DNA of 64,000 nt from Eledone cirrhosa (Eukaryota): positions 27,466,001 to 27,530,000 of the forward strand of contig OZ024752.1 in assembly GCA_964016885.1 (NCBI GenBank), written 5' to 3'. Shown piece by piece: positions 31,101-47,345 of this stretch (positions are counted from its first letter, which is position 1; every line of letters begins with the position of its first letter). The translations under genes and the position numbers were made by a program. A model generated the notes under the pieces. It was not told where the DNA came from. It saw only the letters and a program-made list of their open reading frames with translations, and ran no database searches.

Positions 31101-34100
31101 CAATCTGTGGAACTAGTACCAACTTCCGCTATCAACACACAAACTGTGGAACTAGTACCAACTACGGCTATCAACACACAAACTGTGGAACTAGTTCCAA
31201 CTTCGGCTATCAACACACAAACTGTGGAACTAGTACAAACTTCGGCTATCAACACACAATCTGTGGAAATAGTACCAACTGCGGCTATCAACACACAAAC
31301 TGTGGAACTAGTACCAACTTCGGCTATCAACACACAAACTGTGGAACTAGTACCAACTTCGTCTATCAACACACAAACTGTGGAACTAGTACCAACTTCG
31401 GCTATCAACACACAATCTGTGGAACTAGTACCAACTTCGGCTATCAACACACAAACTGTGGAACTAGTACCAACTTCGGCTATCAACACACAAACTGTGG
31501 AACTAGTACCAACTTCGGCTATCAACACACAAACTGTGGAACTAGTACCAACTTCGGCTATCAACACACCAACTGTCGAACTAGTACCAACTACGGCTAT
31601 CAACACACCAACTGTGGAACTAGTACCAACTACGGCTATCAACACACCAACTGTGGAACTAGTACCAACTTCGTCAATCAACACACAAACTGTGGAACTA
31701 GTACCAACTTTGTCTATCAACACACCAACTGTGGAACTAGTACCAACTACGGCTATCAACACACCAACTGTGGAACTAGTACCAACTACGGCTATCAACA
31801 CACCAACTGTGGAACTAGTACCAACTTCGGCTATCAACACACCAACTGTGGAACTAGTACCAACTTCGTCTATCAACACACCAACTGTGGAACTAGTACC
31901 AACTTCGTCTATCAACACACAAACTGTGGAACTAGTACCAACTACGGCTATCACCACACCAACTGTGGAACTAGTACCAACTTCGTATATCAACACACAA
32001 TCTGTGGAACTAGTACCAACTACGGCTATCAACACACCAACTGTGGAACTAGTACCAACTTCGGCTATCAACACACAATCTGTGGAACTAGTACCAACTT
32101 CGTCTATCAAAACACAAACTGTTGAACTAGTACCAACTTCGTCTATCAACACGCAAACTGTTGAACTAGTTCCAACTTCGGCTATCAACACACAAACTGT
32201 GCAACTAGTACCAACTTCGGCTATCAACACACAAACTGTGGAACTAGTACCAACTTCGTCTACCAACACACAAACTGTGCAACTAGTACCAACTTCTTCT
32301 ATCAACACACAAACTGTGCAACTAGTATCAACTTCGGCTATCAACACACAAACTGTGGAACTAGTACCAACTTCTTCTATCAACACACAAACTGTGCAAC
32401 TAGTACCAACTTCGGCTATCAACACACAAACTGTGGACCTAGTACCAACTTCGTCTATCAACACACAAACTGTGGAACTAGTACCAGCTTCGGCTATCAA
32501 CAGACAAATTGTAGAACTAGTACCAACTTCGTCTATCAACACACAAACTGTGGAACTAGTACCAACTACGGCTATCAACACACAATCTGTGGAACTAGTA
32601 TCAACTTCGGCTATCAACACACAATCTGTGGAACTAGTAGCAACTTCGGCTATCAACACACAAACTGTGGAACTAGTACAAACTTCGGCTATCACACACA
32701 AACTGTGGAACTAGTACCAACTACGGCTATCAACACACAAACTGTGGAACTAGTACCAACTTCGGCTATCAACACACAAACTGTGGAACTAGTACCAACT
32801 ACGGCTATCAACACACAAACTGTGGAACTAGTACCAACTTCGGCTATCAACACACAATCTGTGGAACTAGTACCAACTTCGGCTATCAACACACAACCTG
32901 TGGAACTAGTACCAACTTCGGCTATCAACACACAAACTGTGGAACTAGTACCAACTTCGGCTATCAACACACAAACTGTGGAACTAGTACCAACTGCGGC
33001 TATCAACACACAATCTGTGGAACTAATACCAACTTCGGCTTTCAACACACAAACTGTGGTACTAGTACCAACTTCGTCTATCAACACACAAACTGTGGAA
33101 CTAGTACCAACTGCGGCTATCAACACACAAACTGTGGAACTAGTACCAACTGCGGCTATCAACACAATCTGTGGAACTAGTACCAACTTCGGCTATCAAC
33201 ACACAAACTGTGGAACTAGTACCAACTTCGGCTATCAACACACAAACTGCGGAACTAGTACCAACTTCGGCTATCAACACACAAACTGTGGAACTAGTAC
33301 CAACTACGGCTATCAACACACAAACTGTGGAACTAGTTCCAACTTCGGCTATCAACACACAAACTGTGGAACTAGTACCAACTACGGCTATCAACACACA
33401 AACTGTGGAACTAGTACCAACTTCGGCTATCAACACACAAACTGTGGAACTAGTACCAACTACGGCTATCAACACACAAACTGTGGAACTAGTTCCAACT
33501 TCGGCTATCAACACACAAACTGTGGAACTAGTACCGACTTCGGCTATCAACACACAATCTGTGGAACTAGTACAAACTTCGGCTATCAACACACAAACTG
33601 TGGAACTAGTACCAACTTCGGCTATCAACACACAATCTGTGGAACTAGTACCAACTTCGGCTATCAACACACAAACTGTGGAACTAGTACCAACTACGGC
33701 TATCAACACACAAACTGTGGAACTAGTACCAACTTCGGCTATCAACACACAAACTGTGGAACTAGTACCAACTACGGCTATCAAAAAACAAACTGTGGAA
33801 CTAGTACCAACTTCGGCTATCAACACACAAACTGTGGAACTAGTACCAACTACGGCTATCAACACACAAACTGTGGAACTAGTTCCAAGTTCGGCTATCA
33901 ACACACAAACTGTGGAACTAGTAGCAACTTCGGCTATCAACACACAAATTGTGGAACTAGTACCAACTTCGGCTATCAACACACAAACTGTGGAACTAGT
34001 ACCAACTTCGGCTATCAACACACAATCTGTGGAACTAGTACAAACTTCGGCTATCAACACACAAACTGTGGAACTAGTACCAACTTCGGCTATCAACACA

Positions 34101-37100
34101 CAATCTGTGGAACTAGTACCAACTTCCGCTATCAACACACAAACTGTGGAACTAGTACCAACTACGGCTATCAACACACAAACTGTGGAACTAGTTCCAA
34201 CTTCGGCTATCAACACACAAGCTGTGGAACTAGTACAAACTTCGGCTATCAACACACAATCTGTGGAAATAGTACCAACTGCGGCTATCAACACACAAAC
34301 TGTGGAACTAGTACCAACTTCGGCTATCAACACACAAACTGTGGAACTAGTACCAACTTCGGCTATCAACACACAAACTGTGGAACTAGTACCAACTTCG
34401 GCTATCAACACACAATCTGTGGAACTAGTACCAACTTCGGCTATCAACACACAAACTGTGGAACTAGTACCAACTTCGGCTATCAACACACAAACTGTGG
34501 AACTAGTACCAACTTCGGCTATCAACACACAAACTGTGGAACTAGTACCAACTTCGGCTATCAACACACCAACTGTCGAACTAGTACCAACTACGGCTAT
34601 CAACACACCAACTGTGGAACTAGTACCAACTACGGCTATCAACACACCAACTGTGGAACTAGTACCAACTTCGTCAATCAACACACAAACTGTGGAACTA
34701 GTACCAACTTTGTCTATCAACACACAAACTGTGGAACTAGTTCCAACTTCGTCTATCAACACACAAACTGTGGAACTAGTACCAACTTCGTCTATCAACA
34801 CACCAACTGTGGAACTAGTACCAACTACGGCTATCAACACACCAACTGTGGAACTAGTACCAACTACGGCTATCAACACACCAACTGTGGAACTAGTACC
34901 AACTTCGGCTATCAACACACCAACTGTGGAACTAGTACCAACTTCGTCCATCAACACACCAACTGTGGAACTAGTACCAACTTCGTCTATCAACACACAA
35001 ACTGTGGAACTAGTACCAACTACGGCTATCAACACACCAACTGTGGACCTAGTACCAACTTCGTATATCAACACACAATCTGTGGAACTAGTACCAACTA
35101 CGGCTATCAACACACCAACTGTGGAACTAGTACCAACTTCGGCTATCAACACACAATCTGTGGAACTAGTACCAACTTCGTCTATCAAAACACAAACTGT
35201 TGAACTAGTACCAACTTCGTCTATCAACACGCAAACTGTTGAACTAGTTCCAACTTCGGCTATCAACACACAAACTGTGGAACTAGTACCAACTTCGGCT
35301 ATCAACACACAAACTGTGGAACTAGTACCAACTACGGCTATCAACACACAAACTGTGGAACTAGTTCCAAGTTCGGCTATCAACACACAAACTGTGGAAC
35401 TAGTACCAACTACGGCTATCAACACACAAACTGTGGAACTAGTAGCAACTTCGGCTATCAACACACAAATTGTGGAACTAGTACCAACTTCGGCTATCAA
35501 CACACAAACTGTGGAACTAGTACCAACTTCGGCTATCAACACACAATCTGTGGAACTAGTACAAACTTCGGCTATCAACACACAAACTGTGGAACTAGTA
35601 CCAACTTCGGCTATCAACACACAATCTGTGGAACTAGTACCAACTTCCGCTATCAACACACAAACTGTGGAACTAGTACCAACTACGGCTATCAACACAC
35701 AAACTGTGGAACTAGTTCCAACTTCGGCTATCAACACACAAACTGTGGAACTAGTACAAACTTCGGCTATCAACACACAATCTGTGGAAATAGTACCAAC
35801 TGCGGCTATCAACACACAAACTGTGGAACTAGTACCAACTTCGGCTATCAACACACAAACTGTGGAACTAGTACCAACTTCGGCTATCAACACACAAACT
35901 GTGGAACTAGTTCCAACTTCGGCTATCAACACACAAACTGTGGAACTAGTACAAACTTCGGCTATCAACACACAATCTGTGGAAATAGTACCAACTGCGG
36001 CTATCAACACACAAACTGTGGAACTAGTACCAACTTCGGCTATCAACACACAAACTGTGGAACTAGTACCAACTTCGGCTATCAACACACAAACTGTGGA
36101 ACTAGTACCAACTTCGGCTATCAACACACAATCTGTGGAACTAGTACCAACTTCGGCTATCAACACACAAACTGTGGAACTAGTACCAACTTCGGCTATC
36201 AACACACAAACTGTGGAACTAGTACCAACTTCGACTATCAACACACAAACTGTGGAACTAGTACCAACTTCGGCTATCAACACACCAACTGTCGAACTAG
36301 TACCAACTACGGCTATCAACACACCAACTGTGGAACTAGTACCAACTACGGCTATCAACACACCAACTGTGGAACTAGTACCAACTTCGTCAATCAACAC
36401 ACAAACTGTGGAACTAGTACCAACTTTGTCTATCAACACACCAACTGTGGAACTAGTACCAACTACGGCTATCAACACACCAACTGTGGAACTAGTACCA
36501 ACTACGGCTATCAACACACCAACTGTGGAACTAGTACCAACTTCGGCTATCAACACACCAACTGTGGAACTAGTACCAACTTCGTCTATCAACACACCAA
36601 CTGTGGAACTAGTACCAACTACGGCTATCACCACACCAACTGTGGAACTAGTACCAACTTCGTATATCAACACACAATCTGTGGAACTAGTACCAACTAC
36701 GGCTATCAACACACCAACTGTGGAACTAGTACCAACTTCGGCTATCAACACACAATCTGTGGAACTAGTACCAACTTCGTCTATCAAAACACAAACTGTT
36801 GAACTAGTACCAACTTCGTCTATCAACACGCAAACTGTTGAACTAGTTCCAACTTCGGCTATCAACACACAAACTGTGCAACTAGTACCAACTTCGGCTA
36901 TCAACACACAAACTGTGGAACTAGTACCAACTTCGTCTACCAACACACAAACTGTGCAACTAGTACCAACTTCTTCTATCAACACACAAACTGTGCAACT
37001 AGTATCAACTTCGGCTATCAACACACAAACTGTGGAACTAGTACCAACTTCTTCTATCAACACACAAACTGTGCAACTAGTACCAACTTCGGCTATCAAC

Positions 37101-40100
37101 ACACAAACTGTGGACCTAGTACCAACTTCGTCTATCAACACACAAACTGTGGAACTTGTACCAGCTTCGGCTATCAACAGACAAATTGTAGAACTAGTAC
37201 CAACTTCGTCTATCAACACACAAACTGTGGAACTAGTACCAACTACGGCTATCAACACACAATCTGTGGAACTAGTATCAACTTCGGCTATCAACACACA
37301 ATCTGTGGAACTAGTAGCAACTTCGGCTATCAACACACAAACTGTGGAACTAGTACAAACTTCGGCTATCACACACAAACTGTGGAACTAGTACCAACTA
37401 CGGCTATCAACACGCAAACTGTGGAACTAGTACCAACTTCGGCTATCAACACACAAACTGTGGAACTAGTACCAACTACGGCTATCAAAACACAAACTGT
37501 GGAACTAGTACCAACTTCGGCTATCAACACACAATCTGTGGAACTAGTACCAACTTCGGCTATCAACACACAATCTGTGGAACTAGTACCAACTTCGGCT
37601 ATCAACACACAAACTGTGGAACTAGTACCAACTTCGGCTATCAACACACAAACTGTGGAACTAGTACCAACTGCGGCTATCAACACACAATCTGTGGAAC
37701 TAATACCAACTTCGGCTTTCAACACACAAACTGTGGTACTAGTACCAACTTCGTCTATCAACACACAAACTGTGGAACTAGTACCAACTGCGGCTATCAA
37801 CACACAAACTGTGGAACTAGTACCAACTGCGGCTATCAACACAATCTGTGGAACTAGTACCAACTTCGGCTATCAACACACAAACTGTGGAACTAGTACC
37901 AACTTCGGCTATCAACACACAAACTGCGGAACTAGTACCAACTTCGGCTATCAACACACAAACTGTGGAACTAGTACCAACTTAGGCTATCAACACACAA
38001 ACTGTGGAACTAGTACCAACTACGGCTATCAACACACAAACTGTGGAACTAGTTCCAACTTCGGCTATCAACACACAAACTGTGGAACTAGTACCAACTA
38101 CGGCTATCAACACACAAACTGTGGAACTAGTACCAACTTCGGCTATCAACACACAAACTGTGGAACTAGTACCAACTACGGCTATCAACACACAAACTGT
38201 GGAACTAGTTCCAACTTCGGCTATCAACACACAAACTGTGGAACTAGTACCGACTTCGGCTATCAACACACAATCTGTGGAACTAGTACAAACTTCGGCT
38301 ATCAACACACAAACTGTGGAACTAGTACCAACTTCGGCTATCAACACACAATCTGTGGAACTAGTACCAACTTCGGCTATCAACACACAAACTGTGGAAC
38401 TAGTAACAACTACGGCTATCAACACACAAACTGTGGAACTAGTACCAACTTCGGCTATCAACACACAAACTGTGGAACTAGTACCAACTACGGCTATCAA
38501 CACACAAACTGTGGAACTAGTACCAACTTCGGCTATCAACACACAAACTGTGGAACTAGTACCAACTACGGCTATCAACACACAAACTGTGGAACTAGTT
38601 CCAAGTTCGGCTATCAACACACAAACTGTGGAACTAGTAGCAACTTCGGCTATCAACACACAAATTGTGGAACTAGTACCAACTTCGGCTATCAACACAC
38701 AAACTGTGGAACTAGTACCAACTTCGGCTATCAACACACAATCTGTGGAAATAGTTCCAACTTCGGCTATCAACACACAATCTGTGGAACTAGTACCAAC
38801 TTCGGCTATCAACACACAAACTGTGGAACTAGTACCAACTACGGCTATCAACACACAAACTGTGGAACTAGTACCAACTTCGGCTATCAACACACAAACT
38901 GTGGAACTAGTACCAACTACGGCTATCAACACACAATCTGTGGAACTAGTACAAACTTCGGCTATCAACACACAAACTGTGGAACTAGTACCAACTTCGG
39001 CTATCAACACACAATCTGTGGAACTAGTACCAACTTCCGCTATCAACACACAAACTGTGGAACTAGTACCAACTACGGCTATCAACACACAATCTGTGGA
39101 ACTAGTTCCAACTTCGGCTATCAACACACAAGCTGTGGAACTAGTACAAACTTCGGCTATCAACACACAATCTGTGGAAATAGTACCAACTGCGGCTATC
39201 AACACACAAACTGTGGAACTAGTACCAACTTCGGCTATCAACACACAAACTGTGGAACTAGTACCAACTTCGGCTATCAACACACAAACTGTGGAACTAG
39301 TACCAACTTCGGCTATCAACACACAATCTGTGGAACTAGTACCAACTTCGGCTATCAACACACAAACTGTGGAACTAGTACCAACTTCGGCTATCAACAC
39401 ACAAACTGTGGAACTAGTACCAACTTCGGCTATCAACACACAAACTGTGGAACTAGTACCAACTTCGGCTATCAACACACCAACTGTCGAACTAGTACCA
39501 ACTACGGCTATCAACACACCAACTGTGGAACTAGTACCAACTACGGCTATCAACACACCAACTGTGGAACTAGTACCAACTTCGTCAATCAACACACAAA
39601 CTGTGGAACTAGTACCAACTTTGTCTATCAACACACAAACTGTGGAACTAGTTCCAACTTCGTCTATCAACACACAAACTGTGGAACTAGTACCAACTTC
39701 GTCTATCAACACACCAACTGTGGAACTAGTACCAACTACGGCTATCAACACACCAACTGTGGAACTAGTACCAACTACGGCTATCAACACACCAACTGTG
39801 GAACTAGTACCAACTTCGGCTATCAACACACCAACTGTGGAACTAGTACCAACTTCGTCCATCAACACACCAACTGTGGAACTAGTACCAACTTCGTCTA
39901 TCAACACACAAACTGTGGAACTAGTACCAACTACGGCTATCAACACACCAACTGTGGAACTAGTACCAACTTCGTATATCAACACACAATCTGTGGAACT
40001 AGTACCAACTACGGCTATCAACACACCAACTGTGGAACTAGTACCAACTTCGGCTATCAACACACAATCTGTGGAACTAGTACCAACTTCGTCTATCAAA

Positions 40101-41270
40101 ACACAAACTGTTGAACTAGTACCAACTTCGTCTATCAACACGCAAACTGTTGAACTAGTTCCAACTTCGGCTATCAACACACAAACTGTGGAACTAGTAC
40201 CAACTTCGGCTATCAACACACAAACTGTGGAACTAGTACCAACTACGGCTATCAACACACAAACTGTGGAACTAGTTCCAAGTTCGGCTATCAACACACA
40301 AACTGTGGAACTAGTACCAACTACGGCTATCAACACACAAACTGTGGAACTAGTAGCAACTTCGGCTATCAACACACAAATTGTGGAACTAGTACCAACT
40401 TCGGCTATCAACACACAAACTGTGGAACTAGTACCAACTTCGGCTATCAACACACAATCTGTGGAACTAGTACAAACTTCGGCTATCAACACACAAACTG
40501 TGGAACTAGTACCAACTTCGGCTATCAACACACAATCTGTGGAACTAGTACCAACTTCCGCTATCAACACACAAACTGTGGAACTAGTACCAACTACGGC
40601 TATCAACACACAAACTGTGGAACTAGTTCCAACTTCGGCTATCAACACACAAACTGTGGAACTAGTACAAACTTCGGCTATCAACACACAATCTGTGGAA
40701 ATAGTACCAACTGCGGCTATCAACACACAAACTGTGGAACTAGTACCAACTTCGGCTATCAACACACAAACTGTGGAACTAGTACCAACTTCGGCTATCA
40801 ACACACAAACTGTGGAACTAGTACCAACTTCGGCTATCAACACACAATCTGTGGAACTAGTACCAACTTCGGCTATCAACACACAAACTGTGGAACTAGT
40901 ACCAACTTCGGCTATCAACACACAAACTGTGGAACTAGTACCAACTTCGGCTATCAACACACAAACTGTGGAACTAGTACCAACTTCGGCTATCAACACA
41001 CCAACTGTCGAACTAGTACCAACTACGGCTATCAACACACCAACTGTGGAACTAGTACCAACTACGGCTATCAACACACCAACTGTGGAACTAGTACCAA
41101 CTTCGTCAATCAACACACAAACTGTGGAACTAGTACCAACTTTGTCTATCAACACACAAACTGTGGAACTAGTTCCAACTTCGTCTATCAACACACAAAC
41201 TGTGGAACTAGTACCAACTTCGTCTATCAACACACCAACTGTGGAACTAGTACCAACTACGGCTATCAAC
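19110..41270. repeat. HOR domain II: variable-length units (738, 2961, 738, 2883, 2337, 2649, 4677 bp) sharing a fixed ~470-bp cassette
   Basis: A cassette bounded by TATCACA (-1) and TCAACACAATCT (-2), containing ACTAATACC, GCTTTC and GGTACTAGT variants, starts at ~20386, 21124, 24085, 24823, 27706, 30043, 32692 and 37369. It appears as eight near-identical 164-aa minus-strand ORFs. Confidence 0.9.
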
Positions 41271-44200
41271 ACACCAACTGTGGAACTAGTACCAACTACG
41301 GCTATCAACACACCAACTGTGGAACTAGTACCAACTTCGGCTATCAACACACCAACTGTGGAACTAGTACCAACTTCGTCCATCAACACACCAACTGTGG
41401 AACTAGTACCAACTACGGCTATCAACACACAAACTGTGGAACTAGTAGCAACTTCGGCTATCAACACACAAATTGTGGAACTAGTACCAACTTCGGCTAT
41501 CAACACACAAACTGTGGAACTAGTACCAACTTCGGCTATCAACACACAATCTGTGGAACTAGTACAAACTTCGGCTATCAACACACAAACTGTGGAACTA
41601 GTACCAACTTCGGCTATCAACACACAAACTGTGGAACTAGTACCAACTTCGGCTATCAACACACAAACTGTGGAACTAGTACCAACTTCGGCTATCAACA
41701 CACAATCTGTGGAACTAGTACCAACTTCGGCTATCAACACACAAACTGTGGAACTAGTACCAACTTCGGCTATCAACACACAAACTGTGGAACTAGTACC
41801 AACTTCGGCTATCAACACAGAAACTGTGGAACTAGTACCAACTTCGGCTATCAACACACCAACTGTGGAACTAGTATCAACTACGGCTATCAACACACCA
41901 ACTGTGGAACTAGTACCAACTTCGTCAATCAACACACAAACTGTGGAACTAGTACCAACTTTGTCTATCAACACACAAACTGTGGAACTAGTTCCAACTT
42001 CGTCTATCAACACACAAACTGTGGAACTAGTACCAACTTCGTCTATCAACACACCAACTGTGGAACTAGTACCAACTACGGCTATAAACACACCAACTGT
42101 GAAACTAGTACCAACTACGGCTATCAACACACCAACTGTGGAACTAGTACCAACTTCGGCTATCAACACACCAACTGTGGAACTAGTACCAACTTCGTCC
42201 ATCAACACACCAACTGTGGAACTAGTACCAACTTCGTCTATCAACACACAAACTGTGGAACTAGTACCAAATTCGTCTATGAACACACAATCTGTGGAAC
42301 TAGTACCAGCTTCGTCTATCAACACACAATCTGTGCAACTAGTACCAACTTCGGCTATCAACACACAAACTGTGGAACTAGTACCAACTTCGGCTATCAA
42401 CACACAAATTGTGGAACTAGTACCAACTACGGCTATCAACACACAAACTGTGGAACTAGTACCAACTTCGGCTATCAACACACAAACTGCGGAACTAGTA
42501 CCAACTACGGCTACCAACACACAAACTGTGGAACTAGTTCCAAGTTCGTCTATCAACACACAAACTGTGGAACTAGTAGCAACTTCGGCTATCAACACAC
42601 AAATTGTGGAACTAGTACCAACTTCGGCTATCAACACACAAACTGTGGAACTAGTACCAACTTCGGCTATCAACACACAATCTGTGGAACTAGTACAAAC
42701 TTCGGCTATCAACACACAAACTGTGGAACTAGTACCAACTTAGGATATCAACACACAATCTGTGGAACTAGTACCAACTTCCGCTATCAACACACAAACT
42801 GTGGAACTAGTACCAACTACGGCTATCAACACACAAACTGTGGAACTAGTTCCAACTTCGGCTATCAACACACAATCTGTGGAACTAGTACCAACTTCGG
42901 CTATCAACACACAAACTGTGGAACTAGTACCAACTTCGGCTATCAACACACAAACTGTGGAACTAGTACCAACTTCGGCTATCAACACACAAATTGTGGA
43001 ACTAGTACCAACTTCGGCTATCAACACACAAACTGTGGAACTAGTACCAACTTCGGCTATCAACACACAATCTGTGGAACTAGTACAAACTTCGGCTATC
43101 AACACACAAACTGTGGAACTAGTACCAACTTCGGCTATCAACACACAATCTGTGGAACTAGTACCAACTTCGTCTATCAACACGCAAACTGTTGAACTAG
43201 TTCCAACTTCGGCTATCAACACACAATCTGTGGAACTAGTACCAAATTCGTCTATGAACACACAATCTGTGGAACTAGTACCAGCTTCGTCTATCAACAC
43301 ACAATCTGTGGAACTAGTACCAACTTCGGCTATCAACACACCAACAGTGGAACTAGTATCAACTTCGGCTATCAACACACAAACTGTGGAACTAGTACCA
43401 ACTTCGTCTATCAACACACAAACTGTGGAACTAGTAGCAACTTCGGCTATCAACACACAAACTGTGGAACTAGTTCCAACTTCGTCTATCAAGACACAAA
43501 CTGTGGAACTAGTACCAACTTCGCCTATCAACACACAAACTGTGGAACTAGTTCCAACTTCGGCTATCAACACACAAACTGTGGAACTAGTACCAACTTC
43601 GGCTATCAACACACAAACTGTAGAACTAGTTCCAACTTCGGCTATCAACACACAAACTGTGGAACAAGTTCCAACTTCTTCTATCAACACACAAACTGTG
43701 CAACTAGTACCAACTTCTATCAACACACAAACTGTGCAACTAGTATCAACTTCGGCTATCAACACACAAACTGTGGAACTAGTACCAACTTCTTCTATCA
43801 ACACACAAACTGTGCAACTAGTACCAACTTCGGCTATCAACACACAAACTGTGGACCTAGTACCAACTTCGTCTATCAACACACAAACTGTGGAACTAGT
43901 ACCAGCTTCGGCTATCAAAACACAAACTGTGGAACTAGTACCAACTTCTTCTATCAACACACAAACTGTGCAACTAGTACCAACTTCGGCTATCAACACA
44001 CAAACTGTGGACCTAGTACCAACTTCGTCTATCAACACACAAACTGTGGAACTAGTACCAGCTTCGGCTATCAACAGACAAACTGTGGAACTAGTACCAA
44101 ATTCGTCTATCAACACACAAACTGTGGAACTAGTACCAACTTCTTTATCAACACACAAACTGTGCAACTAGTACCAACTTCGGCTATCAACACACAAACT

Positions 44201-47200
44201 GTGGAACTAGTACCAACTTCGGCTATCAACACACAAACTGTGGAACTAGTTCCAACTTCGGCTATCAACACACAAACTGTGGAACTAGTACCAACTTCGG
44301 CTATCAACACACCAACTGTGGAACTAGTACCAACTACGGCTATCAACACACCAACTGTGGAACTAGTACCAACTTCGGCTATCAACACACCAACTGTGGA
44401 ACTAGTACCAACTTCGTCCATCAACACACCAACTGTGGAACTAGTACCAACTACGGCTATCAACACACAAACTGTGGAACTAGTAGCAACTTCGGCTATC
44501 AACACACAAATTGTGGAACTAGTACCAACTTCGGCTATCAACACACAAACTGTGGAACTAGTACCAACTTCGGCTATCAACACACAATCTGTGGAACTAG
44601 TACAAACTTCGGCTATCAACACACAAACTGTGGAACTAGTACCAACTTCGGCTATCAACACACAAACTGTGGAACTAGTACCAACTTCGGCTATCAACAC
44701 ACAAACTGTGGAACTAGTACCAACTTCGGCTATCAACACACAATCTGTGGAACTAGTACCAACTTCGGCTATCAACACACAAACTGTGGAACTAGTACCA
44801 ACTTCGGCTATCAACACACAAACTGTGGAACTAGTACCAACTTCGGCTATCAACACAGAAACTGTGGAACTAGTACCAACTTCGGCTATCAACACACCAA
44901 CTGTGGAACTAGTACCAACTACGGCTATCAACACACCAACTGTGGAACTAGTACCAACTTCGTCAATCAACACACAAACTGTGGAACTAGTACCAACTTT
45001 GTCTATCAACACACAAACTGTGGAACTAGTTCCAACTTCGTCTATCAACACACAAACTGTGGAACTAGTACCAACTTCGTCTATCAACACACCAACTGTG
45101 GAACTAGTACCAACTACGGCTATAAACACACCAACTGTGAAACTAGTACCAACTACGGCTATCAACACACCAACTGTGGAACTAGTACCAACTTCGGCTA
45201 TCAACACACCAACTGTGGAACTAGTACCAACTTCGTCCATCAACACACCAACTGTGGAACTAGTACCAACTTCGTCTATCAACACACAAACTGTGGAACT
45301 AGTACCAAATTCGTCTATGAACACACAATCTGTGGAACTAGTACCAGCTTCGTCTATCAACACACAATCTGTGCAACTAGTACCAACTTCGGCTATCAAC
45401 ACACAAACTGTGGAACTAGTACCAACTTCGGCTATCAACACACAAATTGTGGAACTAGTACCAACTACGGCTATCAACACACAAACTGTGGAACTAGTAC
45501 CAACTTCGGCTATCAACACACAAACTGCGGAACTAGTACCAACTACGGCTACCAACACACAAACTGTGGAACTAGTTCCAAGTTCGTCTATCAACACACA
45601 AACTGTGGAACTAGTAGCAACTTCGGCTATCAACACACAAATTGTGGAACTAGTACCAACTTCGGCTATCAACACACAAACTGTGGAACTAGTACCAACT
45701 TCGGCTATCAACACACAATCTGTGGAACTAGTACAAACTTCGGCTATCAACACACAAACTGTGGAACTAGTACCAACTTAGGATATCAACACACAATCTG
45801 TGGAACTAGTACCAACTTCCGCTATCAACACACAAACTGTGGAACTAGTACCAACTACGGCTATCAACACACAAACTGTGGAACTAGTTCCAACTTCGGC
45901 TATCAACACACAATCTGTGGAACTAGTACCAACTTCGGCTATCAACACACAAACTGTGGAACTAGTACCAACTTCGGCTATCAACACACAAACTGTGGAA
46001 CTAGTACCAACTTCGGCTATCAACACACAAATTGTGGAACTAGTACCAACTTCGGCTATCAACACACAAACTGTGGAACTAGTACCAACTTCGGCTATCA
46101 ACACACAATCTGTGGAACTAGTACAAACTTCGGCTATCAACACACAAACTGTGGAACTAGTACCAACTTCGGCTATCAACACACAATCTGTGGAACTAGT
46201 ACCAACTTCGTCTATCAACACGCAAACTGTTGAACTAGTTCCAACTTCGGCTATCAACACACAATCTGTGGAACTAGTACCAAATTCGTCTATGAACACA
46301 CAATCTGTGGAACTAGTACCAGCTTCGTCTATCAACACACAATCTGTGGAACTAGTACCAACTTCGGCTATCAACACACCAACAGTGGAACTAGTATCAA
46401 CTTCGGCTATCAACACACAAACTGTGGAACTAGTACCAACTTCGTCTATCAACACACAAACTGTGGAACTAGTAGCAACTTCGGCTATCAACACACAAAC
46501 TGTGGAACTAGTTCCAACTTCGTCTATCAAGACACAAACTGTGGAACTAGTACCAACTTCGCCTATCAACACACAAACTGTGGAACTAGTTCCAACTTCG
46601 GCTATCAACACACAAACTGTGGAACTAGTACCAACTTCGGCTATCAACACACAAACTGTAGAACTAGTTCCAACTTCGGCTATCAACACACAAACTGTGG
46701 AACAAGTTCCAACTTCTTCTATCAACACACAAACTGTGCAACTAGTACCAACTTCTATCAACACACAAACTGTGCAACTAGTATCAACTTCGGCTATCAA
46801 CACACAAACTGTGGAACTAGTACCAACTTCTTCTATCAACACACAAACTGTGCAACTAGTACCAACTTCGGCTATCAACACACAAACTGTGGACCTAGTA
46901 CCAACTTCGTCTATCAACACACAAACTGTGGAACTAGTACCAGCTTCGGCTATCAAAACACAAACTGTGGAACTAGTACCAACTTCTTCTATCAACACAC
47001 AAACTGTGCAACTAGTACCAACTTCGGCTATCAACACACAAACTGTGGACCTAGTACCAACTTCGTCTATCAACACACAAACTGTGGAACTAGTACCAGC
47101 TTCGGCTATCAACAGACAAACTGTGGAACTAGTACCAAATTCGTCTATCAACACACAAACTGTGGAACTAGTACCAACTTCTTTATCAACACACAAACTG

Positions 47201-47345
47201 TGCAACTAGTACCAACTTCGGCTATCAACACACAAACTGTGGAACTAGTACCAACTTCGGCTATCAACACACAAACTGTGGAACTAGTTCCAACTTCGGC
47301 TATCAACACACAAACTGTGGAACTAGTACCAACTTCGGCTATCAA
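41270..47345. repeat. Near-perfect tandem duplication, 2 x 3038 bp (78 monomers minus 4 bp)
   Basis: ORF ends 42743/45781 and 44171/47209 are 3038 bp apart, with identical 469-aa and 475-aa translations. Rare variants TATAAAC, GTGAAACT, TTAGGATAT, TCAAGAC and GAACAAGT each occur twice at this offset. Confidence 0.92.
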
